A DNA stretch of 64,000 nucleotides from an uncultured Oscillospiraceae bacterium (GTDB lineage: Bacteria > Bacillota > Clostridia > Oscillospirales > Oscillospiraceae): contig CAYXIN010000001.1 of NCBI GenBank assembly GCA_964465395.1, forward strand, positions 5,065-69,064, read 5' to 3'. Both the position numbers and the translations under genes were made by a program. Shown here piece by piece: positions 10,081 to 18,840 of this stretch. How positions within the stretch are numbered: the stretch's first letter is position 1; every line of letters begins with the position of its first letter. The notes under the pieces were generated by a model that did no database searches, was not told the DNA's origin, and saw only the letters and a program-made list of their open reading frames with translations.

Positions 10081-10373
10081 AGCAGTGGTGCGTTTACATT
10101 CTGCGCTGCGGTGACGGCAGCCTCTACACCGGCTGCACGGACGACCTGGCGCGGCGGCTTGCCGCGCACCGCGCCGGGCGCGGGGCAAAATACACGCGCG
10201 GCCGGGGGCCGCTGGAGCCGGTCTACCGCGAGGACTGCGCCGATCGCTCCGCCGCGCTGCGGCGCGAGCGGCAGATCAAGGCGCTCCCGCGGGCGCAGAA
10301 GCTTGCGCTGATTGCGCAGCCGCCTGCTCATAGAGCGGCGTACTGCGGCGATAGCCCTGGGGACAATAGGTGA
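10077..10373 (+). CDS. GIY-YIG nuclease family protein (YazA/UPF0213-like)
   Basis: VYILRCGDGSLYTGCTDDLARRLAAH..GAKYTRGR; GTG start overlaps the previous stop. Confidence 0.88.
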   Translation: MKQWCVYILRCGDGSLYTGCTDDLARRLAAHRAGRGAKYTRGRGPLEPVYREDCADRSAALRRERQIKALPRAQKLALIAQPPAHRAAYCGDSPGDNR

Positions 10374-11010
10374 CAGAGCGGATGCGCGGGCCGGAGACGC
10401 CATACTTCGGCAGATATCCGAACAGATTGATGTAACGCGCCAGATCCCCCGCCTCTGTCCACATGGCGCGCATGACCTCCACCGTCGCGCGCACATCATC
10501 GATGGCGCGGTGCGAATTCTGCACGCGCCCGGACAGCGCATAGGCATCGATGGCATTGCAGAGCTTGTGCGGATAGTCCCGGCGGTCACGGTAGACCGTC
10601 AACAGGTCGAGCTTCGGCAGCGCACGCAGCAGGCGCGCGTCGCCATACTTTTCCAGAAAATAGTAGAGAAAGAGCAGGTCAAACTGCGCATTATAGGCCA
10701 CGAGCAGCGTGCGCGGCGTCAGAAGCGCCGCAAGCAGCCCGGCAAGCTGCTGCTTGCTCACGCCCTCCTCGCGCAGACACGCATCCGTGATGCCCGTCAG
10801 CGCAACGATGCGCGGATCCAGCCTCCGGTCACCCTCGCGACGGATGAATTCATCCACCTCGCAGGTGGGCGTCCAGCCCTGCTCCTGCCATTGCAGGCGC
10901 AGCGCGGAGAACTCAATGATCTCGTCGTGCTGAAAGCTCAGCCCGCTGGTCTCCGTGTCCAGCACAACAATTGCGTCGCAGTGCGCGCGCAGCGCCTCCA
11001 TCATGCCCAT
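10276..11010 (-). CDS. DEDDh 3'-5' exonuclease (DnaQ-like)
   Basis: VLDTETSGL..DEIIE, VAYNAQFD and HRAIDDV motifs; AGGAGG RBS. Confidence 0.88.
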   Translation of the reverse strand: MGMMEALRAHCDAIVVLDTETSGLSFQHDEIIEFSALRLQWQEQGWTPTCEVDEFIRREGDRRLDPRIVALTGITDACLREEGVSKQQLAGLLAALLTPRTLLVAYNAQFDLLFLYYFLEKYGDARLLRALPKLDLLTVYRDRRDYPHKLCNAIDAYALSGRVQNSHRAIDDVRATVEVMRAMWTEAGDLARYINLFGYLPKYGVSGPRIRSVTYCPQGYRRSTPLYEQAAAQSAQASAPAGAP

Positions 11011-11059
11011 TCCTCCTGTTTCTTTATGCGTTTTTTATTATAGCACAGGGGACAGGGGC

Positions 11060-11088
11060 TTGACAAATCTTTTTTGCTGCGCTATAGT
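11060..11088 (+). promoter_or_regulatory. SigA-type promoter of the thiT leader
   Basis: TTGACA-N17-TATAGT. Confidence 0.75.
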
Positions 11089-11110
11089 ATCCTCAACCGC
11101 ATATGTTACC

Positions 11111-11206
11111 CTTCTTCGGGGGGCCGGTGACTTCCGGCTGAGATTGGGCGAGCTGACGCCCTGACCCGCGAACCTGATACGGTCCATACCGTCGTAGGAA
11201 AAGATG
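11111..11206 (+). ncRNA. TPP (THI-box) riboswitch
   Basis: Conserved GGGG...GCTGAGA...ACCCGCGAACCTGAT.CGG.CCATACCG.CGTAGGAA core upstream of a thiamine transporter. Confidence 0.93.
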
Positions 11207-11274
11207 GAACTTTCCGCTTTGCTTTCCGAGAACGGTCGCATTGCGGATTTTTTACATTGTGGAGGTCAACCCAA

Positions 11275-11835
11275 ATGAAGAAGCATCAACTCCTGCGCGC
11301 GCTGTGCGAGTGCGCCATCCTCATCGCGCTGGCGCTTGCCCTGAGCTATCTGGAGATCCCCATCGGGATCGCCTTTGGTGGCTTCGGCGGCTCGCTGAGC
11401 CTGGTTATGCTGCCGCTGATTCTGTGCGCCATCCGCTGGGGCGCCGGCTGGGGGCTGGGCGCCGGTCTGGTCTTTGGCACGCTGAAATACGTCTTTACCG
11501 GCAGCGTCCTGACCTGGGAATCCATCCTGCTGGATTACAGCCTGGCCTATATGCTGGTCGGTCTGGCGGGGCTGCTGCGCCGCCGCAGCGCCTGCGCATG
11601 GCTGGCGGCGCTGATTGGCTGCTTTGGCCGCTTTCTGGTGCATCTGCTCAGCGGCCTGACCATCTACGCCGAATATGTTTCGCCCATCTTCGGCTGGAGC
11701 GGTAACAGCGTCCTGCTCTACTCCATCCTTTATAACGGCTCCTACATGCTGCCCAACACGGTCGTCACCGTGCTGCTGGTGCTGCTGCTGCAAAAGCCGC
11801 TGGGCAAATACCTGCGCGGCGAGGATCTGCGCTGA
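11275..11835 (+). CDS. thiT: ECF S-component thiamine transporter ThiT
   Basis: L.ECAILIALALALS..FGGSLSL.MLP..R.G...LLDY..AY..GRFLVH.LSG..YNGSYMLP; sits under a TPP riboswitch. Confidence 0.9.
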   Translation: MKKHQLLRALCECAILIALALALSYLEIPIGIAFGGFGGSLSLVMLPLILCAIRWGAGWGLGAGLVFGTLKYVFTGSVLTWESILLDYSLAYMLVGLAGLLRRRSACAWLAALIGCFGRFLVHLLSGLTIYAEYVSPIFGWSGNSVLLYSILYNGSYMLPNTVVTVLLVLLLQKPLGKYLRGEDLR

Positions 11836-11894
11836 GGCGCCGGCGCCTGTGTCCCTATAGACGCGGCGGCGGAAAAAAGGTTCCTCCGGTACGA

Positions 11895-11929
11895 AAAAAA
11901 TCGGCAATCCATCGGATTGCCGATTTTTT
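11895..11929. terminator. Bidirectional terminator
   Basis: AAAAAATCGGCAATCC-ATC-GGATTGCCGATTTTTT. Confidence 0.8.
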
Positions 11930-13008
11930 CATGCACCGCTGTCGTCGCTCAGGATGTAGACGGTGCAGCTCCGGACACCAAACTCCCAGCATTCATCAAA
12001 GGTGTCGAAATAGAGATCGACCTTGTTGCCCTTGATGCCGCCGCCGATGTCCTCGGCCACGCAGTAACCATAGACATACTGCCCATCGTTGGAAACAATA
12101 TACATTTTTGTTCCCAGCGGAATGACCTTCGGGTCAACCGCAATCGCGCCCACGCGGGCGACGGTGCCGGAATAGGTGTGGCCCACGGTTCCCTCGCAGG
12201 AGTAGGCCGTGGCGGAAACCGTCAGCTTTGCGGTGTAGGTATAGCTGTGGCCGGCCGTTGTGATCGTGCCGTCGCCAATGACATCGCCGGAGTCCCCATC
12301 CGGAAACAGGAAATCGGGGGCATCCGGCTGCGCGCGCAGCTTTCGCTCCGGGCCGCAGAGCAGAACGCAGTCCACCGGCTCCTGCACCACCGACTCGCGC
12401 ACGGTCTGGCGGGAAACCTCACGGCCATTTTCGCAGACAATCTGAAGCTGACGCTCCACAAGGCCATCCGCACCTTCGGTCAGAACGCGGATTTCACCGG
12501 GTTCAAGCGATGGATCCTCATAGCGGCGCGTCTGAAAGGGAATGCGCTCGCGCTCCACCAGCGTCTCAATCTGCTTGCGCACAATGCTGACCAGCAGGCC
12601 ATTATGCGTGGGCGTATCCGGGTCGCAGGAGAGCACATCGTCCGGCGCAAGGGCAATGCCCATACGGCTGAGCAGCGCGCCAACCGTCTCGCCATAGGTG
12701 CCCGTGACGGTTTTGCTGCCATGGTAGAGCACGGTGACCATCTGCATCCGCTGCACCGTGATGCGGCTGACGCCGCCCTCCACCGTGGTGACATAGGTGT
12801 CCTCCTCGCTGAGCTCAATGCCAACCTCGTCCAGAATTTCCGTCGGGTCACTGTTGTAGGACTTATGTACACGAACGAGGTCGCCATCGGTGATGATGTA
12901 GCTGTTCTGCGCGAAGGCAGTCAGCGACAGCAGCCCGAGGCACAGGCCAAGGGAAAGCAGCAGCGCCAGAAAACGCAGGCCGGGTCGGCGGGGTCGCTTT
13001 GTTTGCAT
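11929..13008 (-). CDS. Secreted DUF348/G5/3D-domain cell-wall protein (YabE/Sps-like)
   Basis: Signal peptide; ubiquitin-like DUF348 repeats; G5 (IPF.T...DPSL.PG...EGADG); 3D domain (ATAY..IAVDPKVIPLGT..AEDIGGGIKGNKVDLY). Confidence 0.88.
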   Translation of the reverse strand: MQTKRPRRPGLRFLALLLSLGLCLGLLSLTAFAQNSYIITDGDLVRVHKSYNSDPTEILDEVGIELSEEDTYVTTVEGGVSRITVQRMQMVTVLYHGSKTVTGTYGETVGALLSRMGIALAPDDVLSCDPDTPTHNGLLVSIVRKQIETLVERERIPFQTRRYEDPSLEPGEIRVLTEGADGLVERQLQIVCENGREVSRQTVRESVVQEPVDCVLLCGPERKLRAQPDAPDFLFPDGDSGDVIGDGTITTAGHSYTYTAKLTVSATAYSCEGTVGHTYSGTVARVGAIAVDPKVIPLGTKMYIVSNDGQYVYGYCVAEDIGGGIKGNKVDLYFDTFDECWEFGVRSCTVYILSDDSGA

Positions 13009-13086
13009 GAGGGATTCGCCTCCTTTCGGTTCAAGGTCTATAGCTTTTGGGTGTATTCATTTTGTAACTTTTGTTTCCGTTTGATA

Positions 13087-13114
13087 ATTATAACATTTTT
13101 AGCCAATTTGTCAA
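13087..13114 (-). promoter_or_regulatory. Strong SigA promoter of the 3D-domain gene
   Basis: Minus strand TTGACA-N16-TATAAT with a TG extended -10. Confidence 0.75.
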
Positions 13115-13311
13115 GTGTTTTGTTCGTTTTCCAGAATTCTACAAACTTTTAGGCAATTATGTTAATTCGGAATATACAACATGCGCGGCGAATTCTTCGC
13201 CGCGCGCACAACATCTGGTGTAAAAGTTACAAATCAGTTGACATAATGTAACCTCTTTGAAACTCTTTGTTATTTTACCCGCTTTTTCAGGCCGCCCGGA
13301 CAGGAAAGCAA

Positions 13312-13353
13312 AATCCGCTATCGCATCAAGGTTGCCTGATACGATAGCGGATT
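13312..13353 (-). terminator. Terminator of the DUF2975-HTH-DUF4153 operon
   Basis: AATCCGCTATCG...CGATAGCGGATT stem, followed by T-rich sequence on the minus strand. Confidence 0.7.
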
Positions 13354-13415
13354 GGCATGGCAGCACCGGGAAGGCCGGGCGGCACGCGCCGTCTGCTTTC
13401 CCTTCCGGCGCGGCA

Positions 13416-14984
13416 CTATGTCGTCTTCTGGCGCATTGGCAGGAAGCGCTCCCGATTCTCCCAGAGGAGCTGCCGGGCGCGGGCGCTTGTCAGATTCCAG
13501 GCGCGCCAGTCCTGCGGCTTTTCATCCGCGCGCCAGTCAATATCTTCATAATTCCGGGCGGCATACTGCGTGAAATGCTGCGCAAAGCGCGAGGAAAGCT
13601 GCGCGCGCGCCGTCTGCGCAATCGCCTCCTCCGGCGCATCGAGCAGCTCAAGCAGATAGGGCACCACCGCGTCGGAACGCAGTTGATCCAGATGCTCCAT
13701 GTCGAGCGTCTCCAGGCGGCCACTCTGCCAGGCGCGGACATTATAGCCCGCAACCACGCGATCCACATCCGCATAGCAGGCGGCAAGCAGCAGCAGCGAC
13801 GCCGTCACCACCGCAATTTTCAGGCAGGCGACCCGGCTCCAGAACATGCGCACCAGCAGCGCAACAAACAGCACCGCCAGAAAAAGCATAAACACCGACG
13901 TCTCCACGCGCTGCCGCGTCATCCCGTAGCGGTCAATATAAAGCAGCATCTTGGAGGCCGCCGTCGCAATCAGCAGAAGCGAAAACACGCACAGCAGCGC
14001 CGAGAGCAGACGGACAGCCAGCGGCGGCCGCCCCGCGCGCTTGCGGCTGACGCAGTTCACGCCAAGCAGCAGCAGGAGATTGATGGCGCAGATCACGGCC
14101 ATCTCGAAGAAGCCCCGGCGGGCATACTGCGCGGCGCTGTAGTCCGCAGGCAGCAGCCCCTCAAAGGCACTGAAGAAATAGGCAAGCTGCGTCAGCAGAT
14201 AGAGCGCATAGACCGCGCAGAGCACGCTGAGGAAAGAGCTCAGCACGACAGGCTCCATCCCCCGGTCAGAGGGCGTCTTTCGCGCCGGGGGCAGATAGCC
14301 CTGGGCAGAAAAGAGGCGCCCAAACACCAGCAGGAAGGCAAACAATCCCAGCGCGGCGGCAAGCAGCAGCTCGGCAATATGCGCAGCATTCAGCCGCCGC
14401 AGCAGTCCCGCAAAGGCCGCATCCGAGGACACCAGCAGCGGAACCACCACAAGCAGCACCGGAATGGCGCAGGCCAGACCCAGCAGCACGCTGCCGATTT
14501 GACGGCGGCGGGACTGGCCGTCGGCATCCTCACCATGAAACAGCGCATAGCAGGTGCGGCCAATGCTGCCAAAGGGCAGGGCGAAGCAGACAAAGGCCAG
14601 ATCCCCCACCGGGCCGCGCGTCTGCTGCACGGGTGCCAGCGGCGGCTGCCCGGCACGCAGCCCCATCAGCTCCAGCAGCGCCAGGCTGGAGAGCAGCGGC
14701 AGACTGAGCACGACCAGCGTCTTCATGCTCGCCGCATCCGAAAAAGCCATGGACGCCGCCGCAAGCGGATAGACCAGCAGGCAGAACAGGCCGAAGACTG
14801 TCGCGCGCCGCCGGTGCGGGCGCAGATAGAGCACGGCGCAGAGCCAGAGCAGCACATTGGCTGCTGCGGCGGCAAGGCCGCCCTCGCCCCAGAGATAAAA
14901 ATCCGCGCAAAGCACACATAGGACGGCCATCAGCAGCGCATAAGCAGCATCGCGCTGCCGGGCAGGACGCAAAACGGGAAACAT
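13416..14984 (-). CDS. DUF4153/DUF4173 family multi-pass membrane protein
   Basis: Many TM segments; LLVSSDAAF, YAQYARRGFFEM and YIDRYGMTRQR motifs. Confidence 0.8.
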   Translation of the reverse strand: MFPVLRPARQRDAAYALLMAVLCVLCADFYLWGEGGLAAAAANVLLWLCAVLYLRPHRRRATVFGLFCLLVYPLAAASMAFSDAASMKTLVVLSLPLLSSLALLELMGLRAGQPPLAPVQQTRGPVGDLAFVCFALPFGSIGRTCYALFHGEDADGQSRRRQIGSVLLGLACAIPVLLVVVPLLVSSDAAFAGLLRRLNAAHIAELLLAAALGLFAFLLVFGRLFSAQGYLPPARKTPSDRGMEPVVLSSFLSVLCAVYALYLLTQLAYFFSAFEGLLPADYSAAQYARRGFFEMAVICAINLLLLLGVNCVSRKRAGRPPLAVRLLSALLCVFSLLLIATAASKMLLYIDRYGMTRQRVETSVFMLFLAVLFVALLVRMFWSRVACLKIAVVTASLLLLAACYADVDRVVAGYNVRAWQSGRLETLDMEHLDQLRSDAVVPYLLELLDAPEEAIAQTARAQLSSRFAQHFTQYAARNYEDIDWRADEKPQDWRAWNLTSARARQLLWENRERFLPMRQKTT

Positions 14985-15196
14985 CAGGTTTCCTCCTTTC
15001 GATATTCCAGCAGATCGCCGGGCTGACAGTCCAGCACCGCGCAGATGCTCTCAAGCGTCGAGAAGCGAATGGCGCGCGCCTTCCCGGTTTTCAGAATGGA
15101 GAGATTGGCCTGCGTGATTCCGATCCGCTCGGCCAGCTCGCCGGAGGACATCTTACGGCGCGCCATCATGACATCAAGATTCACAACAATTGCCAT
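14984..15196 (-). CDS. XRE/YozG-like HTH transcriptional regulator
   Basis: MAIVVNLDVMMARRKM..ELAERIGITQANLSILKTGKARAIRFSTL..LDCQPGDLL. Confidence 0.92.
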   Translation of the reverse strand: MAIVVNLDVMMARRKMSSGELAERIGITQANLSILKTGKARAIRFSTLESICAVLDCQPGDLLEYRKEET

Positions 15197-15205
15197 CGCC
15201 GCACC

Positions 15206-15646
15206 TCAGATCGTCAGGCTATTTTCTTCCTGTAAGCGCAGCGCCGCAGCAAAGCAGCCCCGCACCACGCGGACAATCAGGAAAAGAAAGACCATCGCCA
15301 CCGTCACCAGCAGCAGCGGCAAATAGCGCAGCGCGCCCACACAGCTAATCGCCGCCACCAGCAGGCAGCAGTAGGACACCAGCGCCAGCAGCGCACTGTT
15401 GCGGCGCGAGAAGGGCGCGGCGCGCCCGATGTTGCGCACCAGCGCCAGCAGGCTCAGCAGCGCCACCAGCGCCGGCGCTGCGCAGGCATAGAAAGTAATC
15501 AGCAGCGCGGTGTAGACATTCGCCGGCATCCCCCGCAGCCCGACATACCAGCGGCAGAGCCACGGCGCAAAGCACAGCAGCCCCAGCAGCGCAAAGAGAA
15601 AAACAAAAATGCAGACCATGCTGCCCAGCAGGGCACTCTTTTTCAT
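15206..15646 (-). CDS. DUF2975-family membrane protein
   Basis: Four TM segments, PFS..N motif and C-terminal EENSLTI; usual partner of the YozG-type HTH. Confidence 0.82.
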   Translation of the reverse strand: MKKSALLGSMVCIFVFLFALLGLLCFAPWLCRWYVGLRGMPANVYTALLITFYACAAPALVALLSLLALVRNIGRAAPFSRRNSALLALVSYCCLLVAAISCVGALRYLPLLLVTVAMVFLFLIVRVVRGCFAAALRLQEENSLTI

Positions 15647-15918
15647 AACAGACCTCCTTGGGGTTCATTTGCTCAAAGTATAGCACCCGTTTTATTGTTT
15701 GTCAATAAATATTTTATGTTTTTCAGTCTTGTCGCTGCAAAGCACCCGCATAAAACAGAAAATCCGACCTGTGGTTCGTATCACAGGTCGGAACAAGCAC
15801 ACTCTGTCCGGGGAAAGCAGAGGGGATTCCCCAATTTCAGCTTCAAGCCAAATACCGCAGAAAAAGCAGCGCGCCGGGCGTTTCCCGCCCGGCACTGCGG
15901 CAGCACAGGCCGCGCCGC

Positions 15919-17211
15919 TCAGCCCACGGCCGGGGCTGCGCTGCGGCTGGGCGCATCGATGCGCCGGATGTCTGCGCCAAGGCCACGAAGCTTCTCGATG
16001 ATGCGCTCGTAGCCGCGCTCAATATACTCAATTTCCTCCACGCTGGTCGTCCCGTCCGCGGCAAGGCCGGCGATCACCATCGCCGCACCCGCGCGCAGAT
16101 CGCAGGCGTGCACCACGCAGCCGTGGAGCTGCTCCACACCGGTGATGACGGCAGTCTTGGCCTCAACCTTAATCTGCGCGCCCATGCGGTTGAGCTCGGC
16201 GCAATAGCGGAAGCGCGTGTCATAGATGCTCTCCGTGATGACGCTCACGCCACCGGCCAGCGCCATGCAGACGGCAATCTGCGGCTGCATATCCGTCGGG
16301 AAGCCGGGATAGGGCGCCGTCTTGACATTCGCCCGGCGCAGCCTGCCCACGCACTGGACGCGGATGGCATCGTCATACTCCGTCACCCGCGCGCCCATCT
16401 CGCGCAGCTTGGCGCAGATGCACTCCATATGCTTGGGAATCACATTCTGAACCAGCACATCGCCGCCGGTTGCGGCCGCAGCCGCCATATAGGTACCCGC
16501 CTCGATCTGATCCGGAATGATGGAATAGACCCCGCCGCGCAGCGCCCGGACGCCGCGGATTTTGATGACATCCGTACCGGCACCGGAAATCTTCGCGCCC
16601 ATGGCATTGAGGAAGTTGGCCAGATCCACAATATGCGGCTCCTTGGCAGCATTCTCAATGACGGTTGTGCCCGTGGCCAGCACCGCGCCGATCATGATAT
16701 TCATCGTCGCACCGACCGAAACGACGTCCAGATTCACGCGGCCGCCCTGCAAACCATTCTGCGGCGCAGTCGCGCAGACATAGCCGTTTTGCAGGAGCAC
16801 CTGCGCCCCAAGCGTCTCGAAACCCTTGATATGCTGGTCGATCGGACGCGCGCCGAAATTGCATCCGCCGGGCAGCGCAACGCGCGCGTGACCAAAGCGG
16901 CCAAGCTGCGCGCCGATGAGATAATAGGAGGCGCGAATCCGGCGCACAAGCGCATCGGACGCCTCGGAATCCTGCACACGGCTACAGTCGATCTCCAGCG
17001 TATGCGGGCTCAGGCGGCGAATCTGCGCGCCCATGCTGTCCAGAATCTCCAGAAGCAGTCGCACATCCGAGATATCCGGGACATTCTCCACGCGGCACAC
17101 GCCGTTGACCAGAAGTGTTGCGGGAAGGATGCCGACGGCGGCATTCTTCCCGCCACTGATGCAGACCGCGCCGGTCAGCGGCTTGCCGCCCTGAATAACG
17201 TATCGATTCAT
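15919..17211 (-). CDS. murA: UDP-N-acetylglucosamine 1-carboxyvinyltransferase
   Basis: SGGKNAAV, RASYY, LPGGCNFGARPIDQH, PYPGFPTDMQ, DLRAGAA. Confidence 0.96.
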   Translation of the reverse strand: MNRYVIQGGKPLTGAVCISGGKNAAVGILPATLLVNGVCRVENVPDISDVRLLLEILDSMGAQIRRLSPHTLEIDCSRVQDSEASDALVRRIRASYYLIGAQLGRFGHARVALPGGCNFGARPIDQHIKGFETLGAQVLLQNGYVCATAPQNGLQGGRVNLDVVSVGATMNIMIGAVLATGTTVIENAAKEPHIVDLANFLNAMGAKISGAGTDVIKIRGVRALRGGVYSIIPDQIEAGTYMAAAAATGGDVLVQNVIPKHMECICAKLREMGARVTEYDDAIRVQCVGRLRRANVKTAPYPGFPTDMQPQIAVCMALAGGVSVITESIYDTRFRYCAELNRMGAQIKVEAKTAVITGVEQLHGCVVHACDLRAGAAMVIAGLAADGTTSVEEIEYIERGYERIIEKLRGLGADIRRIDAPSRSAAPAVG

Positions 17212-17361
17212 GTTATACCCTTTCATGGTAGGAGTATATGCAATATGTAACAAAAAAACGAAAAAAGCACTCTGGTAAGTTCTGCAAGCAGGGCAGAGTT
17301 CTTTGCCTGATTATAGCATATTCTCTGCTTAATGTAAAGAGAAAAATACGCAGGCCGCCGT

Positions 17362-18690
17362 CTAGGGGCGGCGCAGACCGCGGGGATAGTGATTTTTCAG
17401 GATGCCACCCGCACCCCTGGCCCAGCCAAGGCTGTAGCCCTCCACGCGCAGCAGCACCCAGCCCTCCTGCGCGCCCGGCAGAGTCTGGCCGCGCAGCCAG
17501 GCAGCCGTCTGACTGCTGCCCGCCTCCAGCTCAAAGCAGCGCGGGAACTCCCGCAGCCACAGAGCCAGCGCATGAGCCGGGAGAAAGCGTCCCTTGCGCA
17601 GCGTGCCCAGCTCCAGCCCGGCGCGCAGCACCTTCAGCCCGCGCAGCTCCGGCAGCTCCGGCGGCGCCCAGTAGACCGTCTCACCAAAGCAGAGCACGCG
17701 TCCCTGCGGCAGGCAAATGCCATTCTCGCGCAGAAAGGCCCGCACCGCATCGGGAAGCTGCTGCGGCGGCTCCAGACGCGGCAGGTCAGCGTTTTCGTTG
17801 CATCCACTGCGCAGCACGGCGGCAAAGTGCCCCTCGCCGCGCAGACGGTGCGGCCAGAGGCGGAAGCAGTGCTCCAGCCCGTCGCAGGGCGCCTCGACCC
17901 AATCCGGGCGTCCCGGCGCAAACCAGGGCGCCTCGACCCGCATGATGGAAAGCTCCGGCCGGGCCGCGACCAGACGGCTGACGCTGCCCTCATTTTCCTC
18001 CGGCGCGAAGGTGCAGGTGGAGTAGACCAGTCTGCCGCCGGGCGCAAGCATCCGGGCAGCGGAGAGCAGAATCTCGCTCTGCCGCACGGCACACATGGCC
18101 ACCGTCTCCGGGCTCCAGTCCGCGACGGCATCGGCCTCCTTGCGGAACATGCCCTCGCCGGAGCAGGGCGCATCGACCAGAATGCGGTCAAAATACGCCG
18201 GGAAGCGCTCCGCCAGCCGCGACGGATGCTCGTTGAGCACCAGCGCATTGCTGACGCCCATGCGCTCGAGATTCCCGGCGAGGACCCGCGCGCGCCGGGG
18301 ATGCAGCTCGTTGCTGACCAGCAGCCCCTCGCCACGCAGCGCGGCAGCAAGCTGGGTGGATTTCCCGCCGGGGGCGGCGCACAGATCCAGCACGCGCTGC
18401 CCCGGATGCACATCCAGCAGCGTCGCCGGGGCCATAGCGCTGGGCTCCTGCAAATAATAAACACCGGCATCATGCCACGGATGCAGCCCCGGCCGGGCCT
18501 CCGGCAGCAAATAGCGTCCGTTTGGCTCCCAGGGCACGGCATCGCCCGCAAAGGGCAGAGGCGGCATCTCTCCGCGCAGCGCATTGAAGCGCAGCGCCGT
18601 ATTACGCGGCTGCGCATAGGAGGCAAGAAAGGCCTCATATTCCGCGCCGAGGAGCCGCTGCATTTTTTCGCAGAAAAGCTGGGGCAGCAT
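17362..18690 (-). CDS. RsmF/RsmB-NOP2 family RNA m5C methyltransferase
   Basis: YYLQEPSAM, LDLCAAPGGKST, ILVDAPCSGEGMFRK, VYSTCTFAPEENE. Confidence 0.92.
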   Translation of the reverse strand: MLPQLFCEKMQRLLGAEYEAFLASYAQPRNTALRFNALRGEMPPLPFAGDAVPWEPNGRYLLPEARPGLHPWHDAGVYYLQEPSAMAPATLLDVHPGQRVLDLCAAPGGKSTQLAAALRGEGLLVSNELHPRRARVLAGNLERMGVSNALVLNEHPSRLAERFPAYFDRILVDAPCSGEGMFRKEADAVADWSPETVAMCAVRQSEILLSAARMLAPGGRLVYSTCTFAPEENEGSVSRLVAARPELSIMRVEAPWFAPGRPDWVEAPCDGLEHCFRLWPHRLRGEGHFAAVLRSGCNENADLPRLEPPQQLPDAVRAFLRENGICLPQGRVLCFGETVYWAPPELPELRGLKVLRAGLELGTLRKGRFLPAHALALWLREFPRCFELEAGSSQTAAWLRGQTLPGAQEGWVLLRVEGYSLGWARGAGGILKNHYPRGLRRP

Positions 18691-18840
18691 ACTCTGCATC
18701 CCTCCCATTTTTTCTAACAGTATAGCAAACCGCCCGCAAAAACGCAAGCGGCAGCGCATTTCCCGCCACTTTTCCCGACGCATTCCGCCGCAGTGCCGGA
18801 TTAGAATGGAGGAAATGCCATGAAATTGGGAGGAATTGCT

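Noticed and set aside
13009-13400. c-di-AMP or c-di-GMP riboswitch upstream of the 3D-domain gene
   Set aside because: The promoter lies only about 80 bp from the start codon and no conserved aptamer motifs were recognised.
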